DNA of 64,000 nucleotides from Anolis carolinensis (lineage: Eukaryota): positions 43,973,955 through 44,037,954 of the forward strand of contig NC_085843.1 in assembly GCF_035594765.1 (NCBI RefSeq). Direction: 5' to 3'. The notes under the pieces are model-generated. The model saw nothing but the letters and a program-made list of their open reading frames with translations. It did no database searches and was not told the origin of the DNA. Positions within the stretch are counted from its first letter, which is position 1. Every line of letters starts with the position of its first letter. Positions 1 to 13,196 of the stretch are shown here, piece after piece. Made by a program: the position numbers and the translations under genes.

Positions 1-15
1 AGCTATGCTCTAGAG

Positions 16-944
16 CAGGGGTCCCCAAACTAAGGCCCGGGGGCCGGATGCGGCCCTCCAAGGTCATTTACCTGGCCCCTGCTCTCAGTTTTAGACTTAG
101 GCTCATCCAAAATCTAAAATGACTTGAAGGCACACAACAACAACACCAACAACAATCCTACTTAACTTGACTATCTCACTGGCCAGAAGCAGGCCCACAC
201 TTCCCATTGAAATCCTGATAGGTTTACTGTATGTTGGTTAAAATTGTTTTTATTTTTAAATATTGTATTGTTCTTTCATTTACTAATATTGTGCTATGGT
301 AATAATGGAATATATTGTGTATACATATAATATTGATACTAATATTATAATGTCATACAATATAATACTAATAATAGTGCAACATAATAATATTAATTAT
401 ACATTATATATTAAATGTAATATCACTAATAATATTACGGTATAGTCGTATAATACAATATAGTAATATGTAATGCTAATATTGTGCTATTCTAGTAATA
501 TAATATATTGTATGTACATATAATATTGATACTAATATTATAATGCCATACAATATAATACTTATAATAATGCAACATAATAATATTAATTATGCATTAT
601 ATATTAAATGTAATATTACTAATAATATTACAGTATAGTGGTATAATACAATATAGTAATATATAATGCTAATATTGTGCTATAACACTAATATAATACA
701 TGGTATGTACATACAACTTGTAAGCCGCTCTTGAGTCCCCTTCGGGGCAAGATAGGGTGGGGTATAAATGTAGTAAATAAATAAATAAATAATTGTTGTT
801 TGGGGGGAGGTTTGCACCACAAATAAGACATGTGCAGTGTGCATAGGAATTTGTTGGTAATTTTTTTTCAAATGATAATTCGGCCCCTCAACCGTCTCAG
901 GGACTATGAACCGGCCCTCTACTTTAAAAGTTTGAGGACCCCTG
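16..944. mobile_element. Non-autonomous hAT (Charlie-like) element with AT-rich internal duplication and an L2-like 3' tail fragment
   Basis: TIRs CAGGGGTCCCCAAACT / AGTTTGAGGACCCCTG; perfect 8-bp TSD CTCTAGAG at 8-15 and 945-952. Confidence 0.9.
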
Positions 945-952
945 CTCTAGAG

Positions 953-1431
953 CAAGGGTATCAAACTCATTTTCATCGAAGGTCACATCAGCTTTATGGT
1001 TGCCTTCAAACGGCCTTTGAATCCATGGATGAAAAATACAGAGGGTCAACTATAATTTTTTTTAACATAGTGGTCGTGATCTTTAGTTTTTACCCAATTT
1101 GGGTCCCCATATGTCATGGAACGACATCTGCCATGTGGACTGGGGTGGGGATAATGGGAATTGTAACCCAACAATACTTGTAGCTCTGAGGTTAAGGAAA
1201 GGTCAAAGGACATGTGAACGTCAGACATCATAGCCACAAGGCTTGTATCTAAATCCAAACCCCACTATCCGGACTAAACAGAACAAATTGCAGACTTCCA
1301 GACGTTAATGTATCACAACATCAGATCTAATCATGATGTCTAGTGATGAAGTTGTAGTAAAGCATCTGGAGGGTCACATAAAATGACATGGTGGGCCGTA
1401 TTTGGCCTGTGGGCCTTGAATCTGACATGTG
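953..1431. mobile_element. Older degenerate hAT MITE abutting the previous element
   Basis: Starts CAAGGGTATCAAACTC immediately after the TSD; ends with a degenerate TIR GGGCCTTGAATCTGACATGTG. Confidence 0.55.
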
Positions 1432-1974
1432 GTGTAGAACATCAGATGATGCATGATTATTTTGTGGTGGGCTCACTTTCAGTTAAAATACATAAATGTA
1501 TTAATGCATTTATATCAATTTCCAATTTATATGTACAGTTGTGAAAACTGGACAGGGAAGGAACCTTACATGTAAAGAATCAACTCATTTGAAATGCAGT
1601 ACTAGAGGAGAGTCATGTGGATACCATAGACTGCCAAAATTACCAAAAAATGACTCCTAGCTAAAATAAAGCCCAAACTCTCGCTAGAAGCTGAAATGAC
1701 TGAAAGGAGACTATCATATTTCAGTTTCATCACAAAATGACATGATTTGTGGAAAAGACAACAATGTTTGGTAAAGTGAAAAAGAGGAAAAAGAGGGATA
1801 ACACATTAGAGTTGGATTGATCCAGTCAAAGGAAGTCAAGGTCCTGACTTTACAAGACCTGAGCAGGGCAACTGATGACTGAGACTCTTGGATAGCTCTT
1901 ATCCAAAATATACCATAAGTTAAAGTTGCCTCAACAGCAAACAAACAACAAAGAACAATTTAAATACAACTTAC

Positions 1975-2094
1975 GAAAGACTTGGATTTTCCTCTGAGTT
2001 TTTCTCTGTCCTGGTCAGGCACTTATAGAAGAAACTGCTAAATATATGTGAGCGGTCAGCAAGTTCTTTGGGGGCCTTTTCCAATAATAGATAC
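1975..2094 (-). CDS. SENP7: SENP7 exon 17 (catalytic C48 domain start; [28 protein letters not shown])
   Basis: AG/GT boundaries, phase 2-2, 120 nt; matches recalled human [28 protein letters not shown]. Confidence 0.93.
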
Positions 2095-2377
2095 CTAACA
2101 AAACAATAAAAGATGGACAGGTTTCTTACACTGAAACCTTTTCTAAACCAGTTTATTTCATAAACTCATAACTGTACTGATACCACAGATTCTTCAGACT
2201 ATATTACTAGACACTATTTTAAAAGAACATTTTTCTCATAAAGGAAATAAAATCAGTCTCAATGCTAAAACTTCATTTAGCCCCAGTGTCTATTGTCCTG
2301 GCATTCAGTGGTAAAAGACTGCCTTGACATTAAGTGGACAACACTTGAGAATGAAATGAATGTATCATATTACTTAC

Positions 2378-2494
2378 CGAAGGTAAAAGTCAATGATCAC
2401 ATCATTCAGGTATTCTCCATATTCTAAACATTCCAAATCCTCTCTTGTGACACCTAGTCCCCCTTTGGCAGGTGGAGGGGGATAAATGATCAAG
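2378..2494 (-). CDS. SENP7: SENP7 exon 16 ([38 protein letters not shown])
   Basis: AG/GT boundaries, 117 nt; SENP6/7 signature YPPPP..GG..V..EDL.CL...[10 protein letters not shown]. Confidence 0.95.
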
Positions 2495-2867
2495 CTGGAA
2501 GACAAAAATGACAATAAACATGGTGGAATTCCAAGGCTTAAGAGAATCAAAAGGAAAATATGGATCTGCTCCTACTGATGTTTGTGGGCACAATCTAAAC
2601 CGTTTTCTGTAGTGATGAGGTGAGTGTGATCTGGGAAAGGAATAATCGTCTATAGTTCTGCTGTTATGGATAGATCACCAACCAGTGTTTAGTATTTGCT
2701 GGGACTCAGACTCTTTCCAGGATGGGAGACACATTGAGATGGTCTCCACAGGAGACTTGTGGATCCTAATGGGTTCTTGATAGCTCTTGGGGAGCTTACT
2801 GCTGTGCTGACATGTGATTCTGTCTCAGTCTTAGGCTGCTATCACACTAGAGGTGAAAGGGTAGGCA

Positions 2868-3051
2868 AAGAGTATGCATCCTATGTGAAATCCTGTGGCT
2901 GCCTCCTGCAAAATTCAGGGGCTTGTAGCTGGTGGTGGTGGTGGTGGGGGATTAAAATGCTCAGCCAGAGAGATCCTGGGTCTTTCTAAACTACAAGCCC
3001 CAGATTTCTGCAGGAGACACCAACAGGATTTCAGATGGGATGCATACTCTT
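2868..3051. repeat. Degenerate inverted repeat (old MITE) within L2-like remnants
   Basis: 2868-2929 is approximately the reverse complement of 2990-3051. Confidence 0.5.
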
Positions 3052-3652
3052 TATCCACTCTGTCAACTCTAATGTGATAGCCAACTTCTGGAATGAGGAA
3101 GCAGCCAGGATGACTGACATAATCACATGTTTTATTGGAAGAGGAGCCAAGACGATTCCTGGTTTTCCAGGACCTGGTAATGATGAAACAAGTGAGAAGG
3201 CCATTAAGCAATGTTGGCAGAAAACTTGGGAGTAGGTCTAATGAAGCACCAGTCAGAATATCTGGCAGGAAAACAGGAAAGCACCTTCTAAATAGCTGCC
3301 CCGTCTTTGACACTCCTCTTTCAGAAAGGTTAGACTGGCATCTTCCTTCTTCTATTTCTGCAAACAGGTGAAGCCCTTTCTGCTTTAACAGGCCTTTAAA
3401 GACTGATTGTTTAGGTGAGTGGGTCTTATGCAATGGGCTAGATTATGCAATTGTTATTTTTGTTGTGCTACGGCGTTCATTTAGTTTTAATTTTGAATTT
3501 GTATATAGTTTACTCGTTTTTAATTATTTTTAAAATCCGTTGTAGCATTCATATTGCCTTTTGAGCACAAGTACCATGATAATTTAGAGCAATTAATTAA
3601 GTTGTCCTTCAACTTCTGGATATTTCAATATCATGTAAGTAACAAAACATAC

Positions 3653-3786
3653 TTTTTTACAGGACCATTTTCCTTCAGTTCCTTCCATTTGTTCATTTTT
3701 GTCGAAGAAATAGAAAAGGAATATAGTCCACTACTTTGCTTCTGCAGTAGAGTGTAATTGGGTTTGGCAGGGATAGCCTTTGGTTC
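3653..3786 (-). CDS. SENP7: SENP7 exon 15 (EPKAIPAKPNYTLLQKQSSGLYSFSIS...); NAGNAG acceptor, alternative start 3789
   Basis: tagCAG acceptor, GTATGT donor, phase 0-2; similar to human AKPTYTFLQKQSSGCYSLSI. Confidence 0.9.
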
Positions 3787-4994
3787 CTGCTAGAAAGAAA
3801 GAAACCAACCATATGTTCAACCATTAACTGTATAAGAGAATGCAAGTAGGACCACCAAAACTGTAATGCTGACTGCAAGAAACAGCTCGTGATAGTTTAT
3901 TTAAAAAAAAAAATCAGTAAGAGATTTCTTGTCTTTCACAAAATCTGTAATTTGTACTGCAAGATTCATGATAAAATAACCTCTATCACTTGCCTACTTT
4001 TCAACCCTTATTTTAAATTGCTTGTGCGTGTCTTCTGCCTATAACCCCTATCTGTCAATCATGCCAAGTCAAAATATAAATATCTTCAGAAGAAAGATAG
4101 CTTCTCATCTAGACATTTCTAACATTGACATTCAGCAGCCTGAAACAATATCCTACTGTTATTGAGGTATTTTACCAAATAACCTGATGGATTCCCATTT
4201 TGTAAACATTTGATCATGATTTATATATATATATAAAACAAAAAATACAGTTTATTGCCTTTACATGTCACCTCCCCTTGGAAATGGCTTATAAATGTTG
4301 ATGCCTCAACCAGCCATGCAATGTAGAGGGTTATCATCAATTTTATAGAAACTGAAATGGAGTTGAGTAATTGCCAACAATGCTCAGGCCCCAGAGAATT
4401 GGTACCATTAAAAACCTGCCCTAGCCTTTAAGAGACATGTCTGGAGAAAAAGCAATCCAAAGGTAGAAATGAGAACATATCTAGGAATTCCTAACACCTG
4501 GTATTATATTGAACCTTAACTTGGATTTCTCGTTGACTGGAATACACCATTAAAGTGCTAAACAAATTCTTAGAATTGTCAAAATACTATTGTTATCTCA
4601 TCTATATTTACTATACATTCTGCATAACACGTTTTAACAAGAGACGACTGAAATTCTGCTGATGTGCTCAAAATTCTTAGTTTGTTCCTGCAGTCACCAA
4701 TGAAGGTCCACAATAATGAAAACTCTATGCCTTATACCTCCTCATTCAAAAAACAAGAGCTGGGTTGCAATAAGAAAGTAAAACATAAACATCATAATGT
4801 TGGATCAGACCAAAGACTAGCCTAGCAGTTAAGTAATTGCATATGGCAAGACAGAGACAGCACCTCTGTTCAAGTTCCTCAGAAAATGGTGTACCACTGA
4901 AACAAGTGGTACTGGAAGAAGTACATAGCAGTCATGACAAGTAACCACCTCCATCCTCCAGAAATTTATTCAATACTGTTTTAAAGCTGTTTAA

Positions 4995-5180
4995 GTTGGA
5001 CATTAGGAAGAACTTCCTCGCTGTAAGAGCTGTTCAGCAGTGGTACTCTTTGCCTTGGAGTGTGAAGGAAGCTCCTTCCTTGGAGGCTTTTAAACAGAGG
5101 TGGCCATCTGTCAGGGTTACTTTAATTGTGCTTTTCCTGCATGTTCATGTGGTCTCTTCCAACTCTATTATTCTATGATT
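4995..5180 (+). mobile_element. CR1 LINE 3' fragment
   Basis: Residual DIRKNFL.VRAVQQW..LP CR1 ORF2 tail followed by TTCTATGATT 3' repeat. Confidence 0.75.
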
Positions 5181-6000
5181 ATCACTACTACTTCTGGTGG
5201 CAAAATCAACACTTTAACTATGCATTGTGTGGAGAAATACCTCCTTCTATCTGCCCTGAATCTTCCAATGTTCAGATTCAATAGATAGCATTAATTTCTA
5301 CTATTACACACACTAAGCCTCATTTCACACACCTATGTCATATCTTCCCCTACTTCAGTTTTATTTTAAGTTCCTTTTCTATTATGCCCAGTATCAAATC
5401 TGAGTTTCTTGTGTCAGTTGTACATATCCACCACAACTCCAAGGTTTCTTTCCTACTTAGACACTGACATCTTAGTATTAATGTCTATAAAGCTAGATTT
5501 TTTTTTGCCCCAATATGCATAACTTTATACTTGTTTACACTAAATCCGATTTGCAATACACCTATTGTCATGATTTGGAGAAAAGCTTTAGATAAACTGT
5601 ACTTTGCTTTTGTATAATATATAAAAAATTAATTATTCAGAGTCATCAGCAAACTGGCTAACACATTACTAACCCCTTAATTCAAAATAATTTATAATCA
5701 GGGATTAGATCTATAATATCCAAGTTGTAAACACACTAAGGCTAGTGAGAACTTCATATACTACCTAATTTTTAAACAGAGGAAAAATTATGTCCTGAAA
5801 AACTTCTTAATCTGTAATGTGCCTCAAGACGTTTGTTCCAATTCATTAAACAAAGCTATATTTCTAAAATAGTTGTAAAGATTCCAAGCTGTAAACATTA
5901 AAGCTGTTAAAAATGCTCTCACTGGCAAAACGGCGTTTTCATGTAAATTTTTCACAATTATTCTTAACTGAAATGTTTCAGTCGAGATTAATTAATTTAC

Positions 6001-6254
6001 CTGTGATGGCTGCTCTGTCAGAATGGATGCATTATCCTTTTGTAACTGCATATGATATGACTGATAGCAATAATTCATGAAGGAGTTTTCTTCCCATGAA
6101 ATTTCTTTTACGGCTTGCTCCCAAAGTAAGGATTCAGTGAGCTCTGGGGATATGTTTTTCTTGCTCACTTCCACAATTATTTTGTTCAGCATGACAAGCT
6201 CTTTGTCTGTAAGTGGCTCAGGCATTAAAATAAAAATGAACTCAGTGCTTTTAG
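6001..6254 (-). CDS. SENP7: SENP7 exon 14 (KSTEFIFILMPEPL...)
   Basis: AG/GT boundaries, phase 1-0; similar to human SKSSEFIFLEL. Confidence 0.9.
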
Positions 6255-6935
6255 CTGTAAGAAGAATAAACAATGTTTCAGGGGGGGAAACAGTATGCTA
6301 GAATGTTACTCTGGGTTTTATGCAGATACTATATAAAGAAATTATAAAAAAATATTAAAATGTTTAAAAGATTTCAAATTTATCTGATACAAAACCTCCC
6401 ACAGCAAATGCATTATAAGATATACAAAGGTTTGTTCTCTTTAGCATAGACAATTGTTTTATTATCCTATATATCCATTTAACAAGTTTAGAAAGTCAAA
6501 ATGAATCCCCAAAACCTGAACTGGCTTAACCATGGGTCACTGCACTTTAACTTTTATTTTTTTTATTTTTTTAAAAAGGAACCATCCCCATTTGTGAGTA
6601 CAGTGATGAAAGCAAGAAAACTTAAAAGAAGTGCAAACTACTCTCTCTGCTGCAGAGAGAATAGTTTGGCCTTTAAAAATGCCTTGGTTGAGAAATGGTG
6701 GCGATAACTAGGGGTGGCTCACCTCCTGAGGCAGCTTAGGTGCTTTTCCCTCTCCATAAATGACTTATCCATGGTCATCTCAAAATCCATATATTTGGCC
6801 TCCAAACCTGTCCTCAATTTATAAATGAGGTCAATTTATACATTATACAGCTAAATCTAAATGCCGTTAATATATAACTACACATTTCTAAGAAAGCCTA
6901 AATACATTTTAATTATAACTATAGCAAACACACAC

Positions 6936-7106
6936 CTTGCTTGTTTATGGTGGAAGTTTCTCTTTCGTTTTCAATCTGTTCAATATAATCCGATGACAGC
7001 CAAAGGAAAAGAACAGCCCCACTCCCCAGATCACTGTTCATCCACAGTCCAAACCTTCTTAAATGCAGTAAATCAAGAGACAGTTCCATTTTCTCGCCAG
7101 GGTCCA
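6936..7106 (-). CDS. SENP7: SENP7 exon 13 (LHLRRFGLW...VLFLWLSSDY)
   Basis: AG/GT boundaries, phase 1-1; similar to human THLKRFGLW...ILFFWVSSDY. Confidence 0.92.
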
Positions 7107-7464
7107 CTGTGAGGAAGAAAATTTTAAATCAACACCAACATAAAAGATTGAATTGAAACATTACAATTTTTTAAAATAATAACTCTAGGTAGCATCTCAT
7201 TCCCAGATTATTTGGTTGGCGGGATTAGGGAAAAATGAGGAGGATCTTTCCATTGGCAGAGAGAAATTCCTCCACCAAGGGAGTTATATATCGGTCTTTG
7301 ATATACTTATGAAAAGGTCTATAAGTGTAGATCTACTGCAAATATACCTCAAAATGTGACATTCAGGAGGAAGATTGGAAGAAACCTTGGACTTCTTAGG
7401 TTCAAAATCCCATCCCACCCACACACTCACTTTCCTCCTAGTGGCCATTACGCAAACTGAAGTA

Positions 7465-7773
7465 CAGTAGAGTCTCACTTATCCAACATAAATGGGCCGA
7501 CAGAATATGTTGGATAATAAGGAGAGATTAAGGAGAAGCCTATTAAACACCAAATTAGGTTATGATTTTACAAATTAAGCACTAAAACATCATGTTATAC
7601 AAAAAATTTGACAGAAAAAAATAGTTCAATGTGGAGTAATGCTACATAGTAATTACTGTATTTACGAATTTAGCACCAAAATATCACGATGTATTGAACA
7701 CACTGACTACAAAAATGCATTGGATAATCCAGAACGTTGGATAAGCGAATGTTGGATAAGTGAGACTCTACCA
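7465..7773. mobile_element. Tc1/mariner (Tigger-like) MITE
   Basis: TIR CAGTAGAGTCTCACTTATCCAAC and its reverse complement, TA flanks; related copies at 17034 and inside both Helitrons. Confidence 0.8.
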
Positions 7774-7893
7774 TATAAGATAGCAGCCAAAGTATTCTTT
7801 AGCCAGGGAAGGCTAAATTGATTGCATGGATTTTTAATCTATGACTATTTCTGTATTTTATTTTTGTCAATTTTATATGTCTGGCTTTAAGTA

Positions 7894-9303
7894 CCGTGTT
7901 TCCCCGAAAATAAGACCTCCCCAAAGAATAAGACCTAGCAGGGTTTTGGGGGGATTGCCAAATATAAGGCCTCCCCTGAAAGTAAGACCTAGCAACTAAG
8001 GCTGCAGCAGAGTTCCATTGGGAAGCATGGCTGCCGGGCAGAACCAGCACTCATACACACACCGGAGGGAGGGAGGGAGGGAGGGAGGGAGGGAGGGAGG
8101 GAAAGTGCTTGCTTTCTGTGCCTCCCTCCCTGCCTTGCCTTTCTTTGCCTGTCCCCCAGCCGAGGCTTGAAAAACCTTCCGTGGCTGCTACTGCACTGCC
8201 GTTTCTTCCTTCCTTCCGTCTCCCTCCTGGCCATGCTGCCTTGCTTCCCAGAGGCTTCTGATTGGCTCCTGGAGCCAGGGCAAGGGAGGGTGGGAGGGAG
8301 GGAAGGAAGAGGGCTTTCGTCCTGCTGCTTTCGCTCCTTAAAGGTACAGGACGCATTGGGATTCTCCTCTCATCTTCCTATCCTATGCCATGAAACTGAT
8401 TATTTTATACTATTATTCTATTGCCATATTATTATCATCATATTCTGTTACTATTATTATATCCCATTATTATATTATCCTATTAATATATTTTAAATCA
8501 TTATATTATATTTTTCTATTATTATTATTATATCATTATATTATTATTCTATTATTATTCTATTATATTTTCATATTATTATATTATTATTCTGTTATTA
8601 TTAAATTCCATTTTATATTACCCTATTAATATATTTTATATCATTATATTCTATACTATTATTCTATTATATTATCATATTATTATTTTATTATTATTAG
8701 CATATTCTGTTATTATTATTATATCCCATTTTATATTATCCTATTAATATATTTTATATCATTCTATTCCATTCTATTATTCTATTATATTATCCTATTA
8801 TTATTATATTATTATGCTATTCTGTTATTATATCCCATTATTATATTATCCTATTAATACCATATTATTATCATTTTCTGTTATTATTATATCCTATATT
8901 ATATTATCTCATTAATATATTGTATATCATTATATTATTATTATATTATCATATTATTATTATAGTATATTATATTATTCATCATTCATGACTACATTGA
9001 AACTAGAATAGAGAGAAATCAGCATGGAAACCTTGTGAAACCTAAACTGCAAGAGGTACCATAGATTGTTGCACATGTAAATAATGGTAGTAACAAGAAA
9101 TTCTTGATAGGATTCATAGTTTGTTATGCTGGTTTGTGATGACAACTACTTTACAGTATATAATAAATGTTCATTTTGTTGTTCAACAATAAATGTGAGC
9201 TCTTCTTCATGGAAAAATAAGACATCCCCTGAAAATAAGACCTAGTGCATCTTTGGGAGCAAAAATTAATACAAGACCCTGTCTTATTTTCGGGGAAACA
9301 GGG
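7894..9303. mobile_element. Tc1/mariner (pogo-like) non-autonomous element with GGAG and AT-rich simple repeats
   Basis: TIRs CCGTGTTTCCCCGAAAATAAGAC / GTCTTATTTTCGGGGAAACAGG, TA TSD; shorter sibling at 27949-28367. Confidence 0.85.
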
Positions 9304-9423
9304 TATGTTATTGTATTTTTAATATTGATATACTGTATTTTATATGTGGTGTGGCACCATATGTGCTATTTGTAAGCCACCCCAAGTCCCTATGGGAGAT
9401 TGTGGTGGGGTATAAATAAAAGC

Positions 9424-9470
<47 letters not shown>

Positions 9471-9471
9471 T
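9424..9471. repeat. (TTA)n microsatellite tail of an L2-like element
   Basis: Pure TTA run after the GTAAGCCACCC..AGTCCC..GGGGTATAAATAAA motif. Confidence 0.8.
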
Positions 9472-10298
9472 ATAGTGTATAGCTGACAAAAGGAATCCCC
9501 TAATCCTTGAAATCCATGAAAGAGAAACAATAACAAATAAAGCACTTCTGGGGTGGGGAGATATTCCATGACTGTATGACCCAGTAGGGCTTTGAAAATG
9601 CCAGATTATTACTTCATTTACCAAACTCAAACTTTGAACTACTCATAAACAAGTTTAAGATTGTAAATGGAAATTAATCACAACTGTCATATTTGAAATA
9701 TATAGTCTTCTCAACTTGAATACTAAATATCTCAAATAGCATTTCTTTCAAAAAATCAATTAGCCTATTAAGTCAAATTTAATGAGTAGTATTTTACAAC
9801 TGGTGCTTCTTTATACCATTTATTAAGTGCATACATACATACATTTACACCAGGTCAGGCTACTGCTTTATTTAGTCTAGCACTGACTGCTTTGGCTTGC
9901 CAGAATCTTAGGCAAAGAGTTTCTGCTGACTGGTTCATACAACTTGAACTAGAGATACTCAATATTGAACCAGGCAGCTTTTGTAGGTGAAGCATATAAT
10001 CTATCACTATTTCTGCTATAACAGTATTCTACTCTGTTTAGACTACAGTTACTATAGTTTTACTGATAATGCTGGGTAAGGCTATTGCAACTTCTAGGCT
10101 AAAGGTCCAAAAATTCCAATTCCAGCTGTAGAAATAGTTTGGATTAAGTATTCTAATTTTATGGCTCAAAACACCTTCAAGAGCATCCTTTGATTTAATA
10201 CCAACAGCTTACATTAAAACATCAAATACGAATTTTTTTGTGAAAACCTATTTGAAGCAGCCCTTTTTAAGATGCTGTCAATCAGTAAATTTTCTTAC

Positions 10299-10332
10299 CT
10301 TCAAATGGGATCTTGCCATATGTAGGTGTAAA
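10299..10332 (-). CDS. SENP7: SENP7 exon 12 (34-nt micro-exon FTPTYGKIPFE)
   Basis: tttcaag acceptor, GTAAGA donor, phase 0-1 bridging exons 11 and 13; human ITKKYIKIPFQ. Confidence 0.88.
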
Positions 10333-11145
10333 CTTGAAAGTAAAAAAAACAGAACATAAAATTAATATTGTGAAAAGAACTATTGCATTTCATAGTTGAC
10401 CTCACAAAAATGAGATTTTGTTAGAAATGCTAAAATCTGACTTTTCAACATTAGTAATTGCCTATGAATTCGTAGTACAGTCACCTCAAAGTCTTTTCTA
10501 TAATGACCATGCATATCTGGTCAATTTATTTCAAAATCAATTATTAGGATCCAGCACTAAACACCTGTATTCCTGACCCCAGCTTAACAAAGTGACAACT
10601 ATTTTGTGACTAACAGAACTTTCAGTTTATGATTGTATTACATGCAACTAATCATACTTTTATATCATCGTTGTAGTAATCTTGCACTTGTTAGATATAC
10701 CTAGCTCTCAGTAAGTACACTCTGAATTCCATCAGGATATGTATGTAGAGTGCTGAACTAGAAACCTAGGCTAGAATTCAAAGAGCTGCATAGGCTCACA
10801 TAAAAGCCTCTATTCTTAGTCAAGTGAAATACTGGACTTTTGAACAGTCAACCTGAATGCCATATTCACACATTTATTTTGATCTTCTTCCCTCAGTTTC
10901 AAAGGCAGAGTGGACTTGAACAGAGGACTTCTATTAGCAAAATCCAACAGAACCAGAAAAGGAAAACTCTTCTATACAACTAGCTTGGGGAAGAAAATTC
11001 CAAACATCTAACAAGACCTTAGATTTAGCCTGTAGTTTTCTATGCAAAATGAAGAGAGGCTTCTGATCAAACCATACAAGTTTCTTTCAGGTATATCGTT
11101 CAGAGTTCTTTCAATTTTCATTTTAATAAATAAAAATAAACTTAC

Positions 11146-11283
11146 TCTGGCATGGCCTGTTGCTTTTCCTTTATGTCTTCCAAAGAAAACCTTTTCAAAC
11201 TCTATATCTAAGGCAAGATCCATCATTTCACTGGAGGAACTATAGTCTGTGGAGGGCTGATGTTTTAGTGGTTCTTCTGAAAC
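11146..11283 (-). CDS. SENP7: SENP7 exon 11 (...EMMDLALDIEFEKVFFGRHKGKATGHAR)
   Basis: AG/GTAAGT, phase 0-0; human [24 protein letters not shown]. Confidence 0.9.
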
Positions 11284-11906
11284 CTATGAAATATAAAGAT
11301 GTAATACATGTCTTAACTGTTTTTTCTCTATCAATTTGAAATAGCTATAAAGATACTTTTAATTTCTTTTTTCAAATCAAAGTTTGGAAAGGTTGGGGGA
11401 GATTTAAAGCCAATGGTCATACTGTCTAGTAGATTCTGGGAGATGCCATCCAAAACTGATGTTTCCAAACTCTATAAAAAAGAACTTCTCCATATTCCAA
11501 GTTTATATGGATAACAATCAGTTACTATACAATCTATACAAGTAAATATATCACAGTGAGACACTGAACATGCAATTTTACTTTTTAATCACATGGTGAT
11601 GCCATTTACATATTTATTAATCAAGAGAAGTGTGGTCTGCATTCTAATTCTGATGTTAGGAGGGTTTTTACAAATGCAATTCATTATAGGCCCACAATTT
11701 TCTGAAACAGAGTTGCTGAAAGCAACATACACTGAAAACATGCTTGGAACTAATATAGTATTCTTACTGCTCTCAACAAGCAAAACAGAAAAACATCAGT
11801 CATTGGAGTGACATATAAATATAGATTCTTTTTGGTGCATAGAAGTAAACATATAAAACCATCATGATTGCATTACACAGACTGCATATAGAGCAATATG
11901 GTTTAC

Positions 11907-12070
11907 TTGTTCTGTTTTGCCTCCAGGTATGCTCTGTGATAGCTCTTCTGATAAAGGCAGTTCATATTCTTGTTCTGATTCTTTCTTCAGGGGAGCATGG
12001 CCTTTCCCAATTTGCAAATATACTGGCTCTTTTGCTTCAGCACATCCTTCTTCATCACTAGACAGAACAA
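11907..12070 (-). CDS. SENP7: SENP7 exon 10, with SUMO-interacting motif (I)VLSSDEE
   Basis: AG/GT boundaries, phase 1-0; human PIVVSSDEEG. Confidence 0.9.
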
Positions 12071-12176
12071 CTGAAACACAGCAACACAGGAGCATGTTAT
12101 TGCTATAATTTAATTTAATAATATTTATTTTTGTCTAGCTATCTGTTTTCTACACAAAGAGAGAGGAGTTATGTAC

Positions 12177-12516
12177 TTGGATCAATTGAATCTACTGTGT
12201 CTTTATTTCTTTCAGATTCATTTAGAAGCTCTTCTGGAGGCAAAGTTATATTCACTTCCTTCTTTCTAGGAGAATTGGCGACTGGTGAAACCTCCTTGCG
12301 TTTCCTGGTGACAGAATGCTGACATCTGCTGGAAGAAGAGTTTGAGGAATTTTCCTCTGGACTGTTGACATGAATGTCTTGTTTAATGGTCATGATTTTT
12401 TCAGTACTATCCAATTCCACAGGTTTGGGATTATTTTCCTGCTGGGAATTATTCATATGGTTCTTGTTTAAGTCTCTGCAAACAAATGATTGGATTTGAT
12501 CCCTCCTTTCTTCCTT
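12177..12516 (-). CDS. SENP7: SENP7 exon 9 (low-complexity N-terminal region)
   Basis: Strong polypyrimidine AG, open 340-nt frame, phase 0-1 joining into DPIVLSSDEE; donor GTACAT is weak. Confidence 0.8.
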
Positions 12517-13038
12517 CTATCAAAACAGAAAACAAAAACAAAGCATGATGATTTTTTCCCCTTAGTGATGATTTCCTCACATCTTGTTATTAATAAACTT
12601 TAAACAATATAAGCTGCCTTATCAAACCAGATGAAATACAAGTGACAAGTGTAGAGAGGCTCCATTCAAGTTGGGAGGAGAAATACTAAGACCTCTTAGT
12701 ACTAGTATATACACTGGATGTCACTTGGGCGGGGAGACAATGGAACCTCTTAGTCCTGTATAGTGGGTTTTACTCTTGTTACACTCATGTATTCTGATCA
12801 CATTCATTTTTCAAAATATAATAATGATAATAATACTTTTGTTTTTTATGCCTCCTCATGGTTTGAGGCAGGAAATAATTGTTTTTGTTTTTTGCTTCCT
12901 GGGATGCAAACTGTGACCTATCTCAAGTTCTGACTACAGTAATGTGAATTCTGTAGAAAGAAAGATGTCATATCCGCAAATTAGTATATACGGATTATAT
13001 ACAGAATGTATACAAAAAAACATGCACAAGTTACTTAC

Positions 13039-13196
13039 ACTTGGCGGTGGTGAATATGCATTCTGTTGATTTGGGAAAGTATCACTCCTTCTTTTTCTGC
13101 TCTCATTATTCTGAAAGCTTGCTTCCCTGAGACAAAGGCTCTTGGCATCTCTTCTTCCTTTCACTGGCCAATTTCCTTTATTTTTTACACTACAGT
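13039..13196 (-). CDS. SENP7: SENP7 exon 8
   Basis: AG/GTAAGT, open frame, phase 1-0 fits neighbouring exons. Confidence 0.75.

Noticed and set aside
8390-8980. Hydrophobic Ile/Tyr-rich ORF
   Set aside because: Translation of AT-rich simple repeat inside a MITE
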